NCBI GenBank assembly: GCA_045401155.1
Contig: CP174360.1
Coordinates: forward strand, 159,035-223,034
DNA from: Candidatus Minusculum obligatum
GTDB lineage: Bacteria > Patescibacteriota > Minisyncoccia > Phycocordibacterales > Phycocordibacteraceae
Reading direction: 5' to 3'
DNA length: 64,000 bases
This document shows positions 1 through 9,142 of the stretch, in pieces. How positions within the stretch are numbered: position 1 is the first letter of the stretch; the number at the start of each line of letters is the position of its first letter. The notes under the pieces are model-generated. The model was not told the origin of the DNA, searched no databases, and saw only the letters and a program-made list of their open reading frames with translations. The position numbers were made by a program, and so were the translations under genes.

Positions 1-1
1 A

Positions 2-1735
2 CACAAACCACACAAACCATACACCACATGGTTCCTTCTAGGATCTCTTGGATTTTTCGTACTTGCAGTAATCGTTTCAGCAATCCTAATCCTCCAGGGA
101 GGACGAACCGTATCTCCAAAGAATATTCAGCTAGATGTAGAGCTGCCACCTGCGATTGCATCAGGGGAGAGTATTAAGATTGAAGCAAAGGTAAAAAATA
201 CAAATCCTGTAAGCCTTCCATTTGCAGAACTTACCGCTACCTTCCCAGAGGGAACACGTGAAGCAGATGACGTAAGTAAAGAATTACAATACAAAACCAT
301 TTCTCTTGGACCACTAAAACCAGGACAAGAAAAAGATCTTCTACTTGAAGGTGTGCTTTTTGGAGTTGAAGGAGAGGAAAAGGAAATTAAACTGCGTCTT
401 GAATTTAGACCAGAGAACTCAAACGCTATTGTGGTAAAAGAGGAAACCTATCCAATTATTATTAGTAGCGCACCACTTGCGGTAGTCCTTGCCGCACCTG
501 AAGAAGTGGCGCCAGGTGAGCGCTTCACGACAACCATCACGGTACAAACAAACTCAGAAGAATCAGTACCAGATGCGACACTTCTGCTCGAATACCCATT
601 TGGCTACTCTGTACGCGATGCATCTCCAACAGCTGACCTTGCAAATAACGTATGGAATCTAGGAACCCTAAAGCCTGGAGAGAAGAAAGAAATAACCGTA
701 ACAGGAGATATCACCGGAAACTCTGGAGATGAGCGATACATCCGCGCATACATTGGAACAGATCTCTCACCTGGAGGAGGATCTCTTGGTCTTATTTACA
801 TGGAGCAGGATGTGAAAGTGGCGCTCGTAGATAGCCAATTAGCAATCTCACTATCTCTCGATGGAAACGCAAACGACACATATACCGCACAAGCAGGGGA
901 TGATATCACCGCACGTCTAACCTGGAAGAATAATCTTGATTCACAAATCTTCGATGGAGAAATCACCATTGCATTTACAGGAGATGCCATCGACACTAAT
1001 AGAATCTCAATTAGTCGAGGATTCTACCAAGCACAAAACAATACAATCGTATTTAATCGAGACACAAACTCAGAACTACAAACGATTGATCCAGATGAGC
1101 GGGGAACTATTACCTTCACCATCCCAATTAAACAAACCGCAGACCTGCAAAGCCTACGCAACCCATCTCTTTCAATTGTAGGAACGATTGCAGGAAGGGA
1201 AGTCGGAAGTGGGTCACCATCTATCATTTCAAATAAGACAGAGCGAGAAGTACAAGTGGCCTCAGCACTAAGTCTAAACAGTACGCTCACCAGAACAATC
1301 GGAGCCTTTAGTAATATCGGACCATGGCCTCCGGTGCAGGGACAAACAACCACATACACACTGACCCTTGTTGCAAATAACACGACAAATACTGTCGCAA
1401 ACGCGCAGGTGCGATTTGTGCTGCCATCGTATGCAACATACACACAAGCAAAATCACCTCTATCTGCAAATGTAAGCTATGACGAGCGAACAGGAGAAGT
1501 AATCTGGAGTATCGGCGAGATTGCCTCACACAGTCAGAAATCTGTAGCACTACAAATTGGTATCACCCCAAATCAATCACAAGTAGGACAAACACCACAG
1601 GTAGTGGGGCAGCAAATTCTTGAAGGATTTGATCGATTCATACAAAATACCGTGCAAACGGTAGGGACATCAAAAAATACTGCAATTACTGATGATCCAG
1701 CATATACTGGAGATAAAGGCGCAGTTGCAAACTAA
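2..1735 (+). CDS. 5'-truncated membrane-anchored surface protein: N-terminal TM helix (FLLGSLGFFVLAVIVSAILIL) followed by repeated beta-sandwich (DUF11/CARDB-like) segments
   Basis: The reading frame is open from the window edge with no in-window start; the ORF track only picks it up at an internal Met at 353. Repeated '...LG.LKPGE.K.ITVTG...' units and a stop at 1733-1735. Confidence 0.5.
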   Translation, partial: HKPHKPYTTWFLLGSLGFFVLAVIVSAILILQGGRTVSPKNIQLDVELPPAIASGESIKIEAKVKNTNPVSLPFAELTATFPEGTREADDVSKELQYKTISLGPLKPGQEKDLLLEGVLFGVEGEEKEIKLRLEFRPENSNAIVVKEETYPIIISSAPLAVVLAAPEEVAPGERFTTTITVQTNSEESVPDATLLLEYPFGYSVRDASPTADLANNVWNLGTLKPGEKKEITVTGDITGNSGDERYIRAYIGTDLSPGGGSLGLIYMEQDVKVALVDSQLAISLSLDGNANDTYTAQAGDDITARLTWKNNLDSQIFDGEITIAFTGDAIDTNRISISRGFYQAQNNTIVFNRDTNSELQTIDPDERGTITFTIPIKQTADLQSLRNPSLSIVGTIAGREVGSGSPSIISNKTEREVQVASALSLNSTLTRTIGAFSNIGPWPPVQGQTTTYTLTLVANNTTNTVANAQVRFVLPSYATYTQAKSPLSANVSYDERTGEVIWSIGEIASHSQKSVALQIGITPNQSQVGQTPQVVGQQILEGFDRFIQNTVQTVGTSKNTAITDDPAYTGDKGAVAN

Positions 1736-1736
1736 T

Positions 1737-3092
1737 ATGGCAGACCACGAGGTAACACTAGAAGAGATTGTATCTCTCGCAAAAAGACGCGGATTTATTT
1801 TCCCTGGATCTGAGATCTACGGGGGACTAGCTGGTACCTGGGACTACGGGCCACATGGCGTAACGCTAAAGAACAACATCAAGCGAATGTGGTGGAAGCG
1901 CTTTGTAGATGATCGGGAAGATATCTATGGGGTAGATGCTGCAATCTTGATGAATGAAAAGGTGTGGGAAGCGTCAGGACACGTGGCTGGATTCTCTGAT
2001 CCACTCGTAGAAGATTTAAAAACAAAGAAGCGATACCGCGCAGACCATCTCCTTGAAGAGGCAAACATCAATCCTGCAGGAATGGACCTTGAAGAGATGA
2101 CCAAGGCAATCAAAGAGAACAATATTCTTTCTCCAGATAAGAATGAACTCTCAGAGGTACGGCAATTTAATATGATGTTTAAGACTGAGGTAGGAGCACT
2201 CGGAGGACAGTACTCATACCTGCGACCCGAAACCGCTCAAGGTATTTTTGTAAACTTCAAAAATGTAGTGGATTCAATGCAGCCAAAGATGCCATTTGGT
2301 ATCGCGCAAATTGGAAAAGCATTTCGTAATGAAATTACACCTCGAGAATTCATCTTCCGTGTACGAGAGATGGAGCAGATGGAGATTGAGTACTTCGTAC
2401 ATCCAGATGAATGGGAGAAGAGCTTTAATCATTTCCTAAATCAACTACGTGAGTGGATGGAAGATATTGGACTTACCAAAGGTCGCGTACATGAGGTGGA
2501 CATCGCAGAGGAAGATCGTGCGCACTATTCAAGTAAGACTATTGATATTGAATTTGATTTCCCATTTGGACAGCGAGAACTATACGGTCTTGCATACCGT
2601 ACTGACTACGATCTTAAAAAACACGCAGAGCATTCAGGAGCTAAACTTCAATATCGAGATGACGTAAAAGGAGAAGTATTCACGCCACACGTAATCGAGC
2701 CATCTCTTGGTCTTGATCGAACATTTCTTGCAATTCTTACCTCTGCATATACAAAGGACACCGTAGGTGGGGAAGAGCGCGCATACCTAAAGCTTAAAAA
2801 AGATCTCGCGCCTGTACGTGTGATGGTCTCACCACTTCTAAAGAACAAGCCAGAGCTACAAGAGAAAGCTCGAGAAGTGTTTTCAATGCTTAAGAAGGAA
2901 TTTGGAAACGTAATGTATGACGATAACGGAAATATTGGAAAGCGATACCGTCGACAAGATGAAATTGGAACGCCGTATTGTGTGACCATTGATTTTGAAA
3001 CCCTAGAAGGGCAAGGCGTAACCGTACGAGATCGAGATACCGCAGAACAAGAGCGTGTAGATATAGACGATCTTATTTCAAAACTCTCATGA
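1737..3092 (+). CDS. glyQS: glycine--tRNA ligase (class II, dimeric GlyQS type)
   Basis: MADHEVTLEEIVSLAKRRGFIFPGSEIYGGLAGTWDYGPHGV and class II motifs. Start is likely at 1737 (MADHEV); the track start at 1692 overlaps the upstream gene. Confidence 0.9.
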   Translation: MADHEVTLEEIVSLAKRRGFIFPGSEIYGGLAGTWDYGPHGVTLKNNIKRMWWKRFVDDREDIYGVDAAILMNEKVWEASGHVAGFSDPLVEDLKTKKRYRADHLLEEANINPAGMDLEEMTKAIKENNILSPDKNELSEVRQFNMMFKTEVGALGGQYSYLRPETAQGIFVNFKNVVDSMQPKMPFGIAQIGKAFRNEITPREFIFRVREMEQMEIEYFVHPDEWEKSFNHFLNQLREWMEDIGLTKGRVHEVDIAEEDRAHYSSKTIDIEFDFPFGQRELYGLAYRTDYDLKKHAEHSGAKLQYRDDVKGEVFTPHVIEPSLGLDRTFLAILTSAYTKDTVGGEERAYLKLKKDLAPVRVMVSPLLKNKPELQEKAREVFSMLKKEFGNVMYDDNGNIGKRYRRQDEIGTPYCVTIDFETLEGQGVTVRDRDTAEQERVDIDDLISKLS

Positions 3093-3104
3093 TAGTATAG
3101 GGGC

Positions 3105-4154
3105 ATGAAAAACACCCCTATTAACATTTCAATCACTACAGGAGCAGTCATCAAGATCCTCCTTATTCTTGTGGGAGCATATACGCTCTACATTTTGCGT
3201 GATCTAGCGCTCCTGGTTATCACCGCTATTGTATTGGCCTCAGCTGTTGAGCCAGGTGTCGATTTCTTTAGACGACGACTACGCGTACATCGCGTAATAG
3301 CGGTGCTATTTACATACCTATTGGTATTTGGATCTATATTTGGAGCCATTTACTACTTCTTGCCACCGGTACTCGATGAGGCACAGTCATTTATTGGACT
3401 GTTGCCGCAATACCTTGAGACTATCCAGCTTCCAACTTCAATTGGAAACCCTGGATTTATTGCAGCTGAAACCACAAGCGCTAAGACAAGTATTCTAGAT
3501 TCACTTCTTGCATTACAATCTTCATTTGCTGATACCGGAGAGGGAATTGTGCGCCTGCTTGCCACAGTCTTTGGAGGTATCTTCTCACTTATTCTTACGA
3601 TTGTACTTTCATTCTACTTTGCGGTACGAGATACCGGTATTGATGACTTCCTAAAGCTTATTACACCCGTAAAGCATCAAGAATATGTGCTTGGACTATG
3701 GCGACGATCTCAAAAGAAGATTGGACTATGGATGCAAGGACAGCTCATGCTCTCACTCATTATTGGAATCTTGCTCTACCTCGGACTTACAATCCTTGGC
3801 GTGCCGTACGCACTCTTGCTCGCAGTCTTTGCTGCAGTGCTTGAGCTTATTCCTGTATTTGGGTCTATCATCGCTGCGATCCCAGGAGTTATTGTGGCGC
3901 TTGTAGATGGAGGACCAACACTCGCACTTATTGTTGCCGCACTCTTCTTGATCGTAAACCAATTCCAAGGAAACCTTATCTATCCTTTGGTGGTGAAGAA
4001 GGTGATCGGCGTACCACCACTACTTGTGATTCTCGCACTTATTGCAGGAGGACAATTGGCAGGATTTATTGGGGTAATCCTCTCAGTACCTATCGCAGCC
4101 GGAATCCAAGAACTCGTACACGACTTCCAGCAAAAGCGAAAAAGCTCCTCGTGA
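3105..4154 (+). CDS. AI-2E family transporter (UPF0118/PerM-like permease)
   Basis: Multi-TM protein with the family-typical N-terminal 'LVITAIVLASAVEP' and C-terminal 'PLLVILALIAGGQLAGFIGVILSVPIAA' segments. Confidence 0.7.
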   Translation: MKNTPINISITTGAVIKILLILVGAYTLYILRDLALLVITAIVLASAVEPGVDFFRRRLRVHRVIAVLFTYLLVFGSIFGAIYYFLPPVLDEAQSFIGLLPQYLETIQLPTSIGNPGFIAAETTSAKTSILDSLLALQSSFADTGEGIVRLLATVFGGIFSLILTIVLSFYFAVRDTGIDDFLKLITPVKHQEYVLGLWRRSQKKIGLWMQGQLMLSLIIGILLYLGLTILGVPYALLLAVFAAVLELIPVFGSIIAAIPGVIVALVDGGPTLALIVAALFLIVNQFQGNLIYPLVVKKVIGVPPLLVILALIAGGQLAGFIGVILSVPIAAGIQELVHDFQQKRKSSS

Positions 4155-4205
4155 TTGACTTTTTGTAAATTCATTGTACTTTGATGCTAGGAAAGGGGGT
4201 GCAAC

Positions 4206-4541
4206 ATGGAGCACTCATTTGAGTTATTTTTTGCCCTTTGTATAGGGCATGCCGTCGTCGATTACGGACTGAGCACCGAGTATGTTGCCCTCGGCAAATC
4301 ACACAAGAACCCCGTGGGTAAAGGTGTGTGGCCGTGGGTTCTGCTCGCACACTCGCTCATGCATGCCGGCGTAGTGTATACCATCACCGGGTACTGGATC
4401 CTGGCGGTGGGAGAGCTTCTGCTGCATGCGATCACGGATTACCTGAAGTCCGACGGCAAAATCAACTATCACGTTGATCAATCAATCCACTATCTCACAA
4501 AAGGTCTCTGGGTCTACATGACCCTCTATGTCCTCTCGTGA
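4206..4541 (+). CDS. small His-rich membrane protein (DUF3307-like); GC-rich orphan cassette C1
   Basis: 111 aa with 3-4 TM helices and conserved His/Asp motifs (GHAVVDY, LAHSLMHAG, LLHAITDYL). Upstream 'ggaaagggggtgcaacATG' is a ribosome-binding site. Codon usage is GC3-rich (ctg/gcc/ggc), unlike neighbouring genes. Confidence 0.5.
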   Translation: MEHSFELFFALCIGHAVVDYGLSTEYVALGKSHKNPVGKGVWPWVLLAHSLMHAGVVYTITGYWILAVGELLLHAITDYLKSDGKINYHVDQSIHYLTKGLWVYMTLYVLS

Positions 4542-4608
4542 AAACCAGATGGAGGGAGCGGAGCAGCAATGCTTCGCTTTTCTTTTTAATAATGCTACGC
4601 TCAAGGGG

Positions 4609-6030
4609 ATGGCAAATCGCTACATAACAACTACACTTCCGTACGTAAACGCAGATCCACATGTGGGATTTGGACTTGAAATCGTACAAGCAGACTTCCT
4701 CGCTCGGTACTGGAGACTAACTGGAGAAGATGTATTTTTCACAACCGGAACAGATGAGCACGGACAAAAAATCTTCCAAAAAGCACAAGAAGAGGGGAAA
4801 GACGTACAAGCGTACGTAGATCATTACGCCAATGAGTTTAAAAAGCTAAAGGAGGCACTCAATCTTTCAAATGACGCATTTATCCGCACAACAGATGAAA
4901 AGCACATTAATGCTGCACAAGAAATCTGGAAGCGCTGCGAAGCAAATGGAGATATTTATAAAAAGAAGTACAAGGGACTCTACTGTGTAGGAGATGAGGC
5001 ATTTCTAAAAGAAAATGAATTGGTAGATGGAAAGTGTCCAAACCATCCAACAATGGATCCAGTTGAAATTGAAGAAGAAAACTATTTCTTTAAGTTTAGT
5101 AATTACCAAGACAAGCTACTGAAGTATCTTGAGAATGAAGAGGTAATCATTCCAGACTGGCGTCGTAAAGAGGCAATTGAGTTTGTAAAAAATGGTCTTG
5201 AAGACTTTTCTATCTCTCGTGAAAAAGAACGGCTCTCTTGGGGCGTGCCCGTACCTGGAGATGACTCACAAGTAATGTACGTATGGTTTGATGCGCTTAC
5301 CAACTACATCTCGACACTAGATTGGCCAGAAGGAGAACACTTTAAAAAGTACTGGGAGAATGCGCATGTACTACAAGTAGCAGGGAAGGATCAGGTACGA
5401 TTCCAATCACTTATCTTCCAAGCGATGCTCCTGTCAGCTAATGTAAAGAATACTGATCAAGTCTTTTACCATGGCTTCATTACCTCAAATGGACAGAAGA
5501 TGAGTAAGTCTATTGGAAACGTAATCTCTCCATATGAGCTTATCGAAAAATACGGAACCGATGCTACGCGGTACCTGCTTCTTCGACATGTGCATCCTGT
5601 AGATGATTCAGACATTACGTGGGAGAAACTAGATGAGTGGTATACCGCTAACTTGGTAAATGGAATTGGAAATCTAACCGCCCGCATCACCAAGCTTGCA
5701 GAAACACACCTAGAAGGGCCAATTGAAAAACCAGACGCAGAAACATTCCCAAGTGAGTACACATCTGCAATCGATAACTTTAAATTTAATGAAGCACTCG
5801 ATTACATCTTTAAACGAGTGGGAGATCTCGATAAGCGAATCACAGATGAAGAGCCATTTAAGGTAGTAAAGACAGATCTAGAAAAGGGAAGAGAGTTAAT
5901 TAAGGAATATATGGAGGAACTTTATGTAATTGGACGACTGCTCAATCCAGTTATGCCTGAAAGCTCAAATATAATTAAAGAGTCAGTACTCAAGAACACA
6001 AAACCAGAAGGACTCTTCCAACGCCTTTAG
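4609..6030 (+). CDS. metG: methionine--tRNA ligase
   Basis: PYVNADPHVGF (HIGH-type) and KMSKSIGN (KMSKS) motifs. Likely start is MANRYITT at 4609; the track ORF starts upstream at 4528. Confidence 0.9.
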   Translation: MANRYITTTLPYVNADPHVGFGLEIVQADFLARYWRLTGEDVFFTTGTDEHGQKIFQKAQEEGKDVQAYVDHYANEFKKLKEALNLSNDAFIRTTDEKHINAAQEIWKRCEANGDIYKKKYKGLYCVGDEAFLKENELVDGKCPNHPTMDPVEIEEENYFFKFSNYQDKLLKYLENEEVIIPDWRRKEAIEFVKNGLEDFSISREKERLSWGVPVPGDDSQVMYVWFDALTNYISTLDWPEGEHFKKYWENAHVLQVAGKDQVRFQSLIFQAMLLSANVKNTDQVFYHGFITSNGQKMSKSIGNVISPYELIEKYGTDATRYLLLRHVHPVDDSDITWEKLDEWYTANLVNGIGNLTARITKLAETHLEGPIEKPDAETFPSEYTSAIDNFKFNEALDYIFKRVGDLDKRITDEEPFKVVKTDLEKGRELIKEYMEELYVIGRLLNPVMPESSNIIKESVLKNTKPEGLFQRL

Positions 6031-6031
6031 T

Positions 6032-6136
6032 ATGCAAAACAAAACCACAATCATAATCCTTGTAGTACTCGCAATACTTTTTGCATGGATTGAACTATCT
6101 GTGGGACTTTTTAGTACTCCGTGGGCAGGGTCATAA
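6032..6136 (+). CDS. possible 34-aa single-TM micro-protein translationally coupled to metG
   Basis: ATG lies 2 nt after the metG stop and encodes MQNKTTIIILVVLAILFAWIELSVGLFSTPWAGS; a terminator hairpin follows. Confidence 0.25.
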   Translation: MQNKTTIIILVVLAILFAWIELSVGLFSTPWAGS

Positions 6137-6181
6137 TATGAAATAGAAGACCGCCTACGGAAGCGCTCTTCCATAGGCGGT

Positions 6182-6478
6182 TTAGGCGAAGGTGTACCCC
6201 TCCCATTGAACATCACCGCAATTTTTGCAGGTATGGGCCTTTACGTCGTTCATACATTCACCGCCGTGTCCCCACGTGTAGCCGCAGGTGTCACATGTGT
6301 GAAAGTGATGTTCCAAAAATGCTTGATTGTGTTCGTGATGCTCGCGAAGCATCTGTTCGAACGTCTCAATCATCTCTTGAACTTGCCGCTCTCTTTGCCG
6401 GCGCAGGTAACGCCTTCGTACATATGAGAGAAGTAGGCAAAGAGCGCCGCCAAGTAGCGCTGAAAACAGCAGTCCCAT
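6182..6478 (-). CDS. small membrane-anchored protein with C-terminal Cys/His-rich zinc-ribbon-like motif (CDTCGYTWGHGGEC...HTCKNCGD); GC-rich orphan cassette C2
   Basis: N-terminal TM helix plus CxxC...CxxC. The minus-strand leader has the ribosome-binding site 'gaagagggacacaccATG', a TTGACA-18-TATAGT promoter and a downstream hairpin at 6150-6180. Confidence 0.45.
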   Translation of the reverse strand: MGLLFSALLGGALCLLLSYVRRRYLRRQRERQVQEMIETFEQMLREHHEHNQAFLEHHFHTCDTCGYTWGHGGECMNDVKAHTCKNCGDVQWEGYTFA

Positions 6479-6579
6479 GGTGTGTCCCTCTTCAGATTGA
6501 AAGTTCTATAGGCTCTTTTAACTATACAACATAAACTAATCAAGTGTCAATTTATACTTGATTATGCTACAGTCCACCT

Positions 6580-7350
6580 ATGAAATACATCGACACACAC
6601 TGCCATCTCCAATTTGACGCATACGATGAAGATCGAGAGGAAATCATCAGTCAAATGAAAGAAAACGACATCCATGCCATTACCGTGGGTGTAGATTTTA
6701 ATTCCTCAAAGCAAGCAATCGAACTTGCACAAAAACATAATCATATCTACGCAACGGTAGGAATGCACCCATGCTATGTGGCAAAAGAAGAATTTGATAA
6801 GGAAGCATTTCTAGAAATTACTAAAGACAATACTGTGGTTGCAATAGGAGAGTGCGGACTCGATTACTTCCGAGAAGAAGACAAAAACGTACAAAAACTC
6901 CAAAAAGAAGTATTCATACAGCAGGTAGAGATTGCACAGGAGCTTCAAAAACCCCTAATGATCCACGGACGCCCAAGCAAAGGAGCATACGATGCATATG
7001 AAGACATCATCAAAATCCTTAAAGACTACAACGTAACCGGAAATATTCACTTTTTCGTAGGAAGCAGTGAGATTCGGGATCAATTTGAAGAATTAGGATT
7101 TACAGTATCAGTAACAGGCGTAATCACCTTCACGGATGACTATAACGACATGGTAACGGCTGCAAAACAAGATTTTCTCCTCGCAGAGACTGATTCTCCA
7201 TATGTTGCGCCAAAACCACATAGGGGAGAGCGAAACTCAGCGTTAAACGTGGTGCACGTATACAAGAAAATAGCGGATCTTTGGGAAATGGAGGAGGAAG
7301 AAGCGCAAAAAATCCTCACGGCTAATACAAGGCGTATTTTTGGCCTATAG
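6580..7350 (+). CDS. tatD: TatD-family metal-dependent hydrolase/DNase
   Basis: MKYIDTHCHLQFDAYDEDREEI... and the TatD HxH, GECGLDY and ETDSPY motifs. Confidence 0.85.
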   Translation: MKYIDTHCHLQFDAYDEDREEIISQMKENDIHAITVGVDFNSSKQAIELAQKHNHIYATVGMHPCYVAKEEFDKEAFLEITKDNTVVAIGECGLDYFREEDKNVQKLQKEVFIQQVEIAQELQKPLMIHGRPSKGAYDAYEDIIKILKDYNVTGNIHFFVGSSEIRDQFEELGFTVSVTGVITFTDDYNDMVTAAKQDFLLAETDSPYVAPKPHRGERNSALNVVHVYKKIADLWEMEEEEAQKILTANTRRIFGL

Positions 7351-7391
7351 CATTGCACAGCCACCCCCTATGTGCTAATGTGCTCCCACAT

Positions 7392-7853
7392 ATGGCAGAT
7401 ACTGAAGCAGTACAGAACGACGAGATCTCAGTGTATGAGGCGGCATTTCATATTGATGCAAACCTTTCAGAAACTGAGGTAAAGAAAACCTTTGATGGAG
7501 TAAAGGAGGTGGTAGCAAATGCAGGGGGAACACTTATCGCTGAGGCACTTCCTGAGCGTATGAATCTTGCATACACTATCTCATCTATTACTGAGGGAGT
7601 ACGACGAGACCACAATAGTGCACACTTTGCGTGGGTTGCGTACGAACTTTCTCCTGAAAAGGCAGAAGCGGTACAGGAAGAATTGCAAAGCAATAAAGCT
7701 ATTATCCGTCACCTTATTACTACAACTACAAAAGAAGAGGCTCTCTATGCACAAGACCGTGCAGCAGAGAAAATGTCTGTAGCAAAGGCTCCTGAGTCTG
7801 AGGAGGTTTCAGATGAAGAGCTTGATGAGGTGCTAGAGGAAACAACCGCGTAG
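7392..7853 (+). CDS. rpsF: 30S ribosomal protein S6 with acidic C-terminal tail
   Basis: S6-like core (YEAAFHID...GTLIAEALPERMNLAYTI) sitting in the classic rpsF-ssb-rpsR arrangement. Confidence 0.8.
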   Translation: MADTEAVQNDEISVYEAAFHIDANLSETEVKKTFDGVKEVVANAGGTLIAEALPERMNLAYTISSITEGVRRDHNSAHFAWVAYELSPEKAEAVQEELQSNKAIIRHLITTTTKEEALYAQDRAAEKMSVAKAPESEEVSDEELDEVLEETTA

Positions 7854-7854
7854 T

Positions 7855-8292
7855 ATGTACATCAACAAGGCACTTATTTACGGAAACCTAACACGAGACC
7901 CTGAGGTAAAGGCACTTCCTTCAGGATCTCAGGTTGCATCATTCTCAGTTGCAACAAACCGAACCTACAAGGATCAGAACGGACAGCAGCAGGATGCAGT
8001 GGAGTACCACAACATCACTATGTTTGGCCGACAGGCTGAAGTTGCAGGTCAGTATCTAAAGAAAGGACGTCCTGTATTTATTGAGGGGCGCCTTCAGACT
8101 CGCAATTGGGAGAAAGATGGTGTAAAACACTATCGAACTGAAATTGTTGCAGACCGATTCCAATTTGGACCATCTGCACGAGGAGGAGAGGGAGCGCCTG
8201 CTGCAAACCCAGCAGATGAGCAGCCAGCTCCATCAGGAGATGCAATCCAGTACCCAGATGAAGACATTAATCCGGAAGATATTCCATTTTAA
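7855..8292 (+). CDS. ssb: single-stranded DNA-binding protein
   Basis: OB-fold signature (LIYGNLTRDPEVKALPSGSQVASFSVATNRTYKD) and the C-terminal acidic tail ending DIPF. Confidence 0.9.
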   Translation: MYINKALIYGNLTRDPEVKALPSGSQVASFSVATNRTYKDQNGQQQDAVEYHNITMFGRQAEVAGQYLKKGRPVFIEGRLQTRNWEKDGVKHYRTEIVADRFQFGPSARGGEGAPAANPADEQPAPSGDAIQYPDEDINPEDIPF

Positions 8293-8302
8293 TAATTGAG
8301 AT

Positions 8303-8503
8303 ATGGACGACGAGAAAAAGACAATGGATACACCACGATTTGTGGACTACAAGGATACAGACTACCTAAAGCAGTTTGTGAATCCACACGCACGTATCAA
8401 TAACCGACGACGTACACGAGTATCTGCACGCCGACAGCGAGAAATCACTCAAGCTATCAAGCGCGCACGATTCATGGCACTGATGCCGTACATCGCTCGA
8501 TAA
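8303..8503 (+). CDS. rpsR: 30S ribosomal protein S18
   Basis: NPHARINNRRRTRVSARRQREITQAIKRARFMALMPY. Confidence 0.9.
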   Translation: MDDEKKTMDTPRFVDYKDTDYLKQFVNPHARINNRRRTRVSARRQREITQAIKRARFMALMPYIAR

Positions 8504-8506
8504 TAA

Positions 8507-8531
8507 AAAGCACCCGGAAGGGTGTTTTTTA
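8507..8531 (+). terminator. rho-independent terminator after rpsR
   Basis: cacccggaagggtg hairpin followed by TTTTTT. Confidence 0.7.
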
Positions 8532-8566
8532 AAACAGAAACGCCCAGCGGACGTTTCCGCTAGGCG

Positions 8567-8773
8567 TTAGGGGTAAAAATCAAGGCTGATCCCGCTGAAG
8601 TAAAAGTCACACACGTTGGTTTTGGGTGAGATAATCTTGTGCCCAACCAAAACAAACGGCATAACAACCAAAGCTGCAAGAATTGCAACAATGATAACCG
8701 CAACCATGAGGATGCCGATGCACAGCAGGAAAAAGTAGCCTATGGTTTTCAGAAGATCTACAAATAGCTTCAT
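8567..8773 (-). CDS. small hydrophobic membrane protein (about 68 aa)
   Basis: MKLFVDLLKTIGYFFLLCIGILMVAVIIVAILAALVVMPFVLVGH... preceded on the minus strand by the ribosome-binding site 'aaaggagtattctgATG'. A 13-bp hairpin (8530-8560) follows its stop. Confidence 0.35.
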   Translation of the reverse strand: MKLFVDLLKTIGYFFLLCIGILMVAVIIVAILAALVVMPFVLVGHKIISPKTNVCDFYFSGISLDFYP

Positions 8774-9142
8774 CAGAATACTCCTTTCCCAATTCAGAAG
8801 ATAATACAAATAAAAAATAAGCGCAATGCGCTTATAAGGTGTCTTGGAGATGAGGCTGTGCACGCAGCCTCATCTCCATATGTCTGGAAAGATATTCATC
8901 AGACTGACGATGGGAACATAACTCCACCGGGCTGGCTGAATCTTGTTGCAAGAGGCTCAAATGAGCAGTGGCGCCCCTCAGGGCGCCGCCTAGTACGCTG
9001 CTCCGACAAGATCTCTTTATTGAAGCGGGCGGAATAACTTCTTTAACTTGATGATTGCCGGAAATCATCAAGTTTTGACCTGAGACCAAACCGTCCCTGA
9101 CCAATGTGCGTACCAGGCTCTGCGAGAGAGTATATAGTAACT

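Noticed and set aside
8880-9140. Tried to assign the structured efp-downstream region to SRP RNA, RNase P RNA, tmRNA or 6S by eye.
   Set aside because: No GGAAGCAGC (SRP), GGAAAGTCCGGGCTCC or ACAGAACCCGGCTTA (RNase P), or tRNA-like 3' end (tmRNA) is present. Left as an unassigned structured element.
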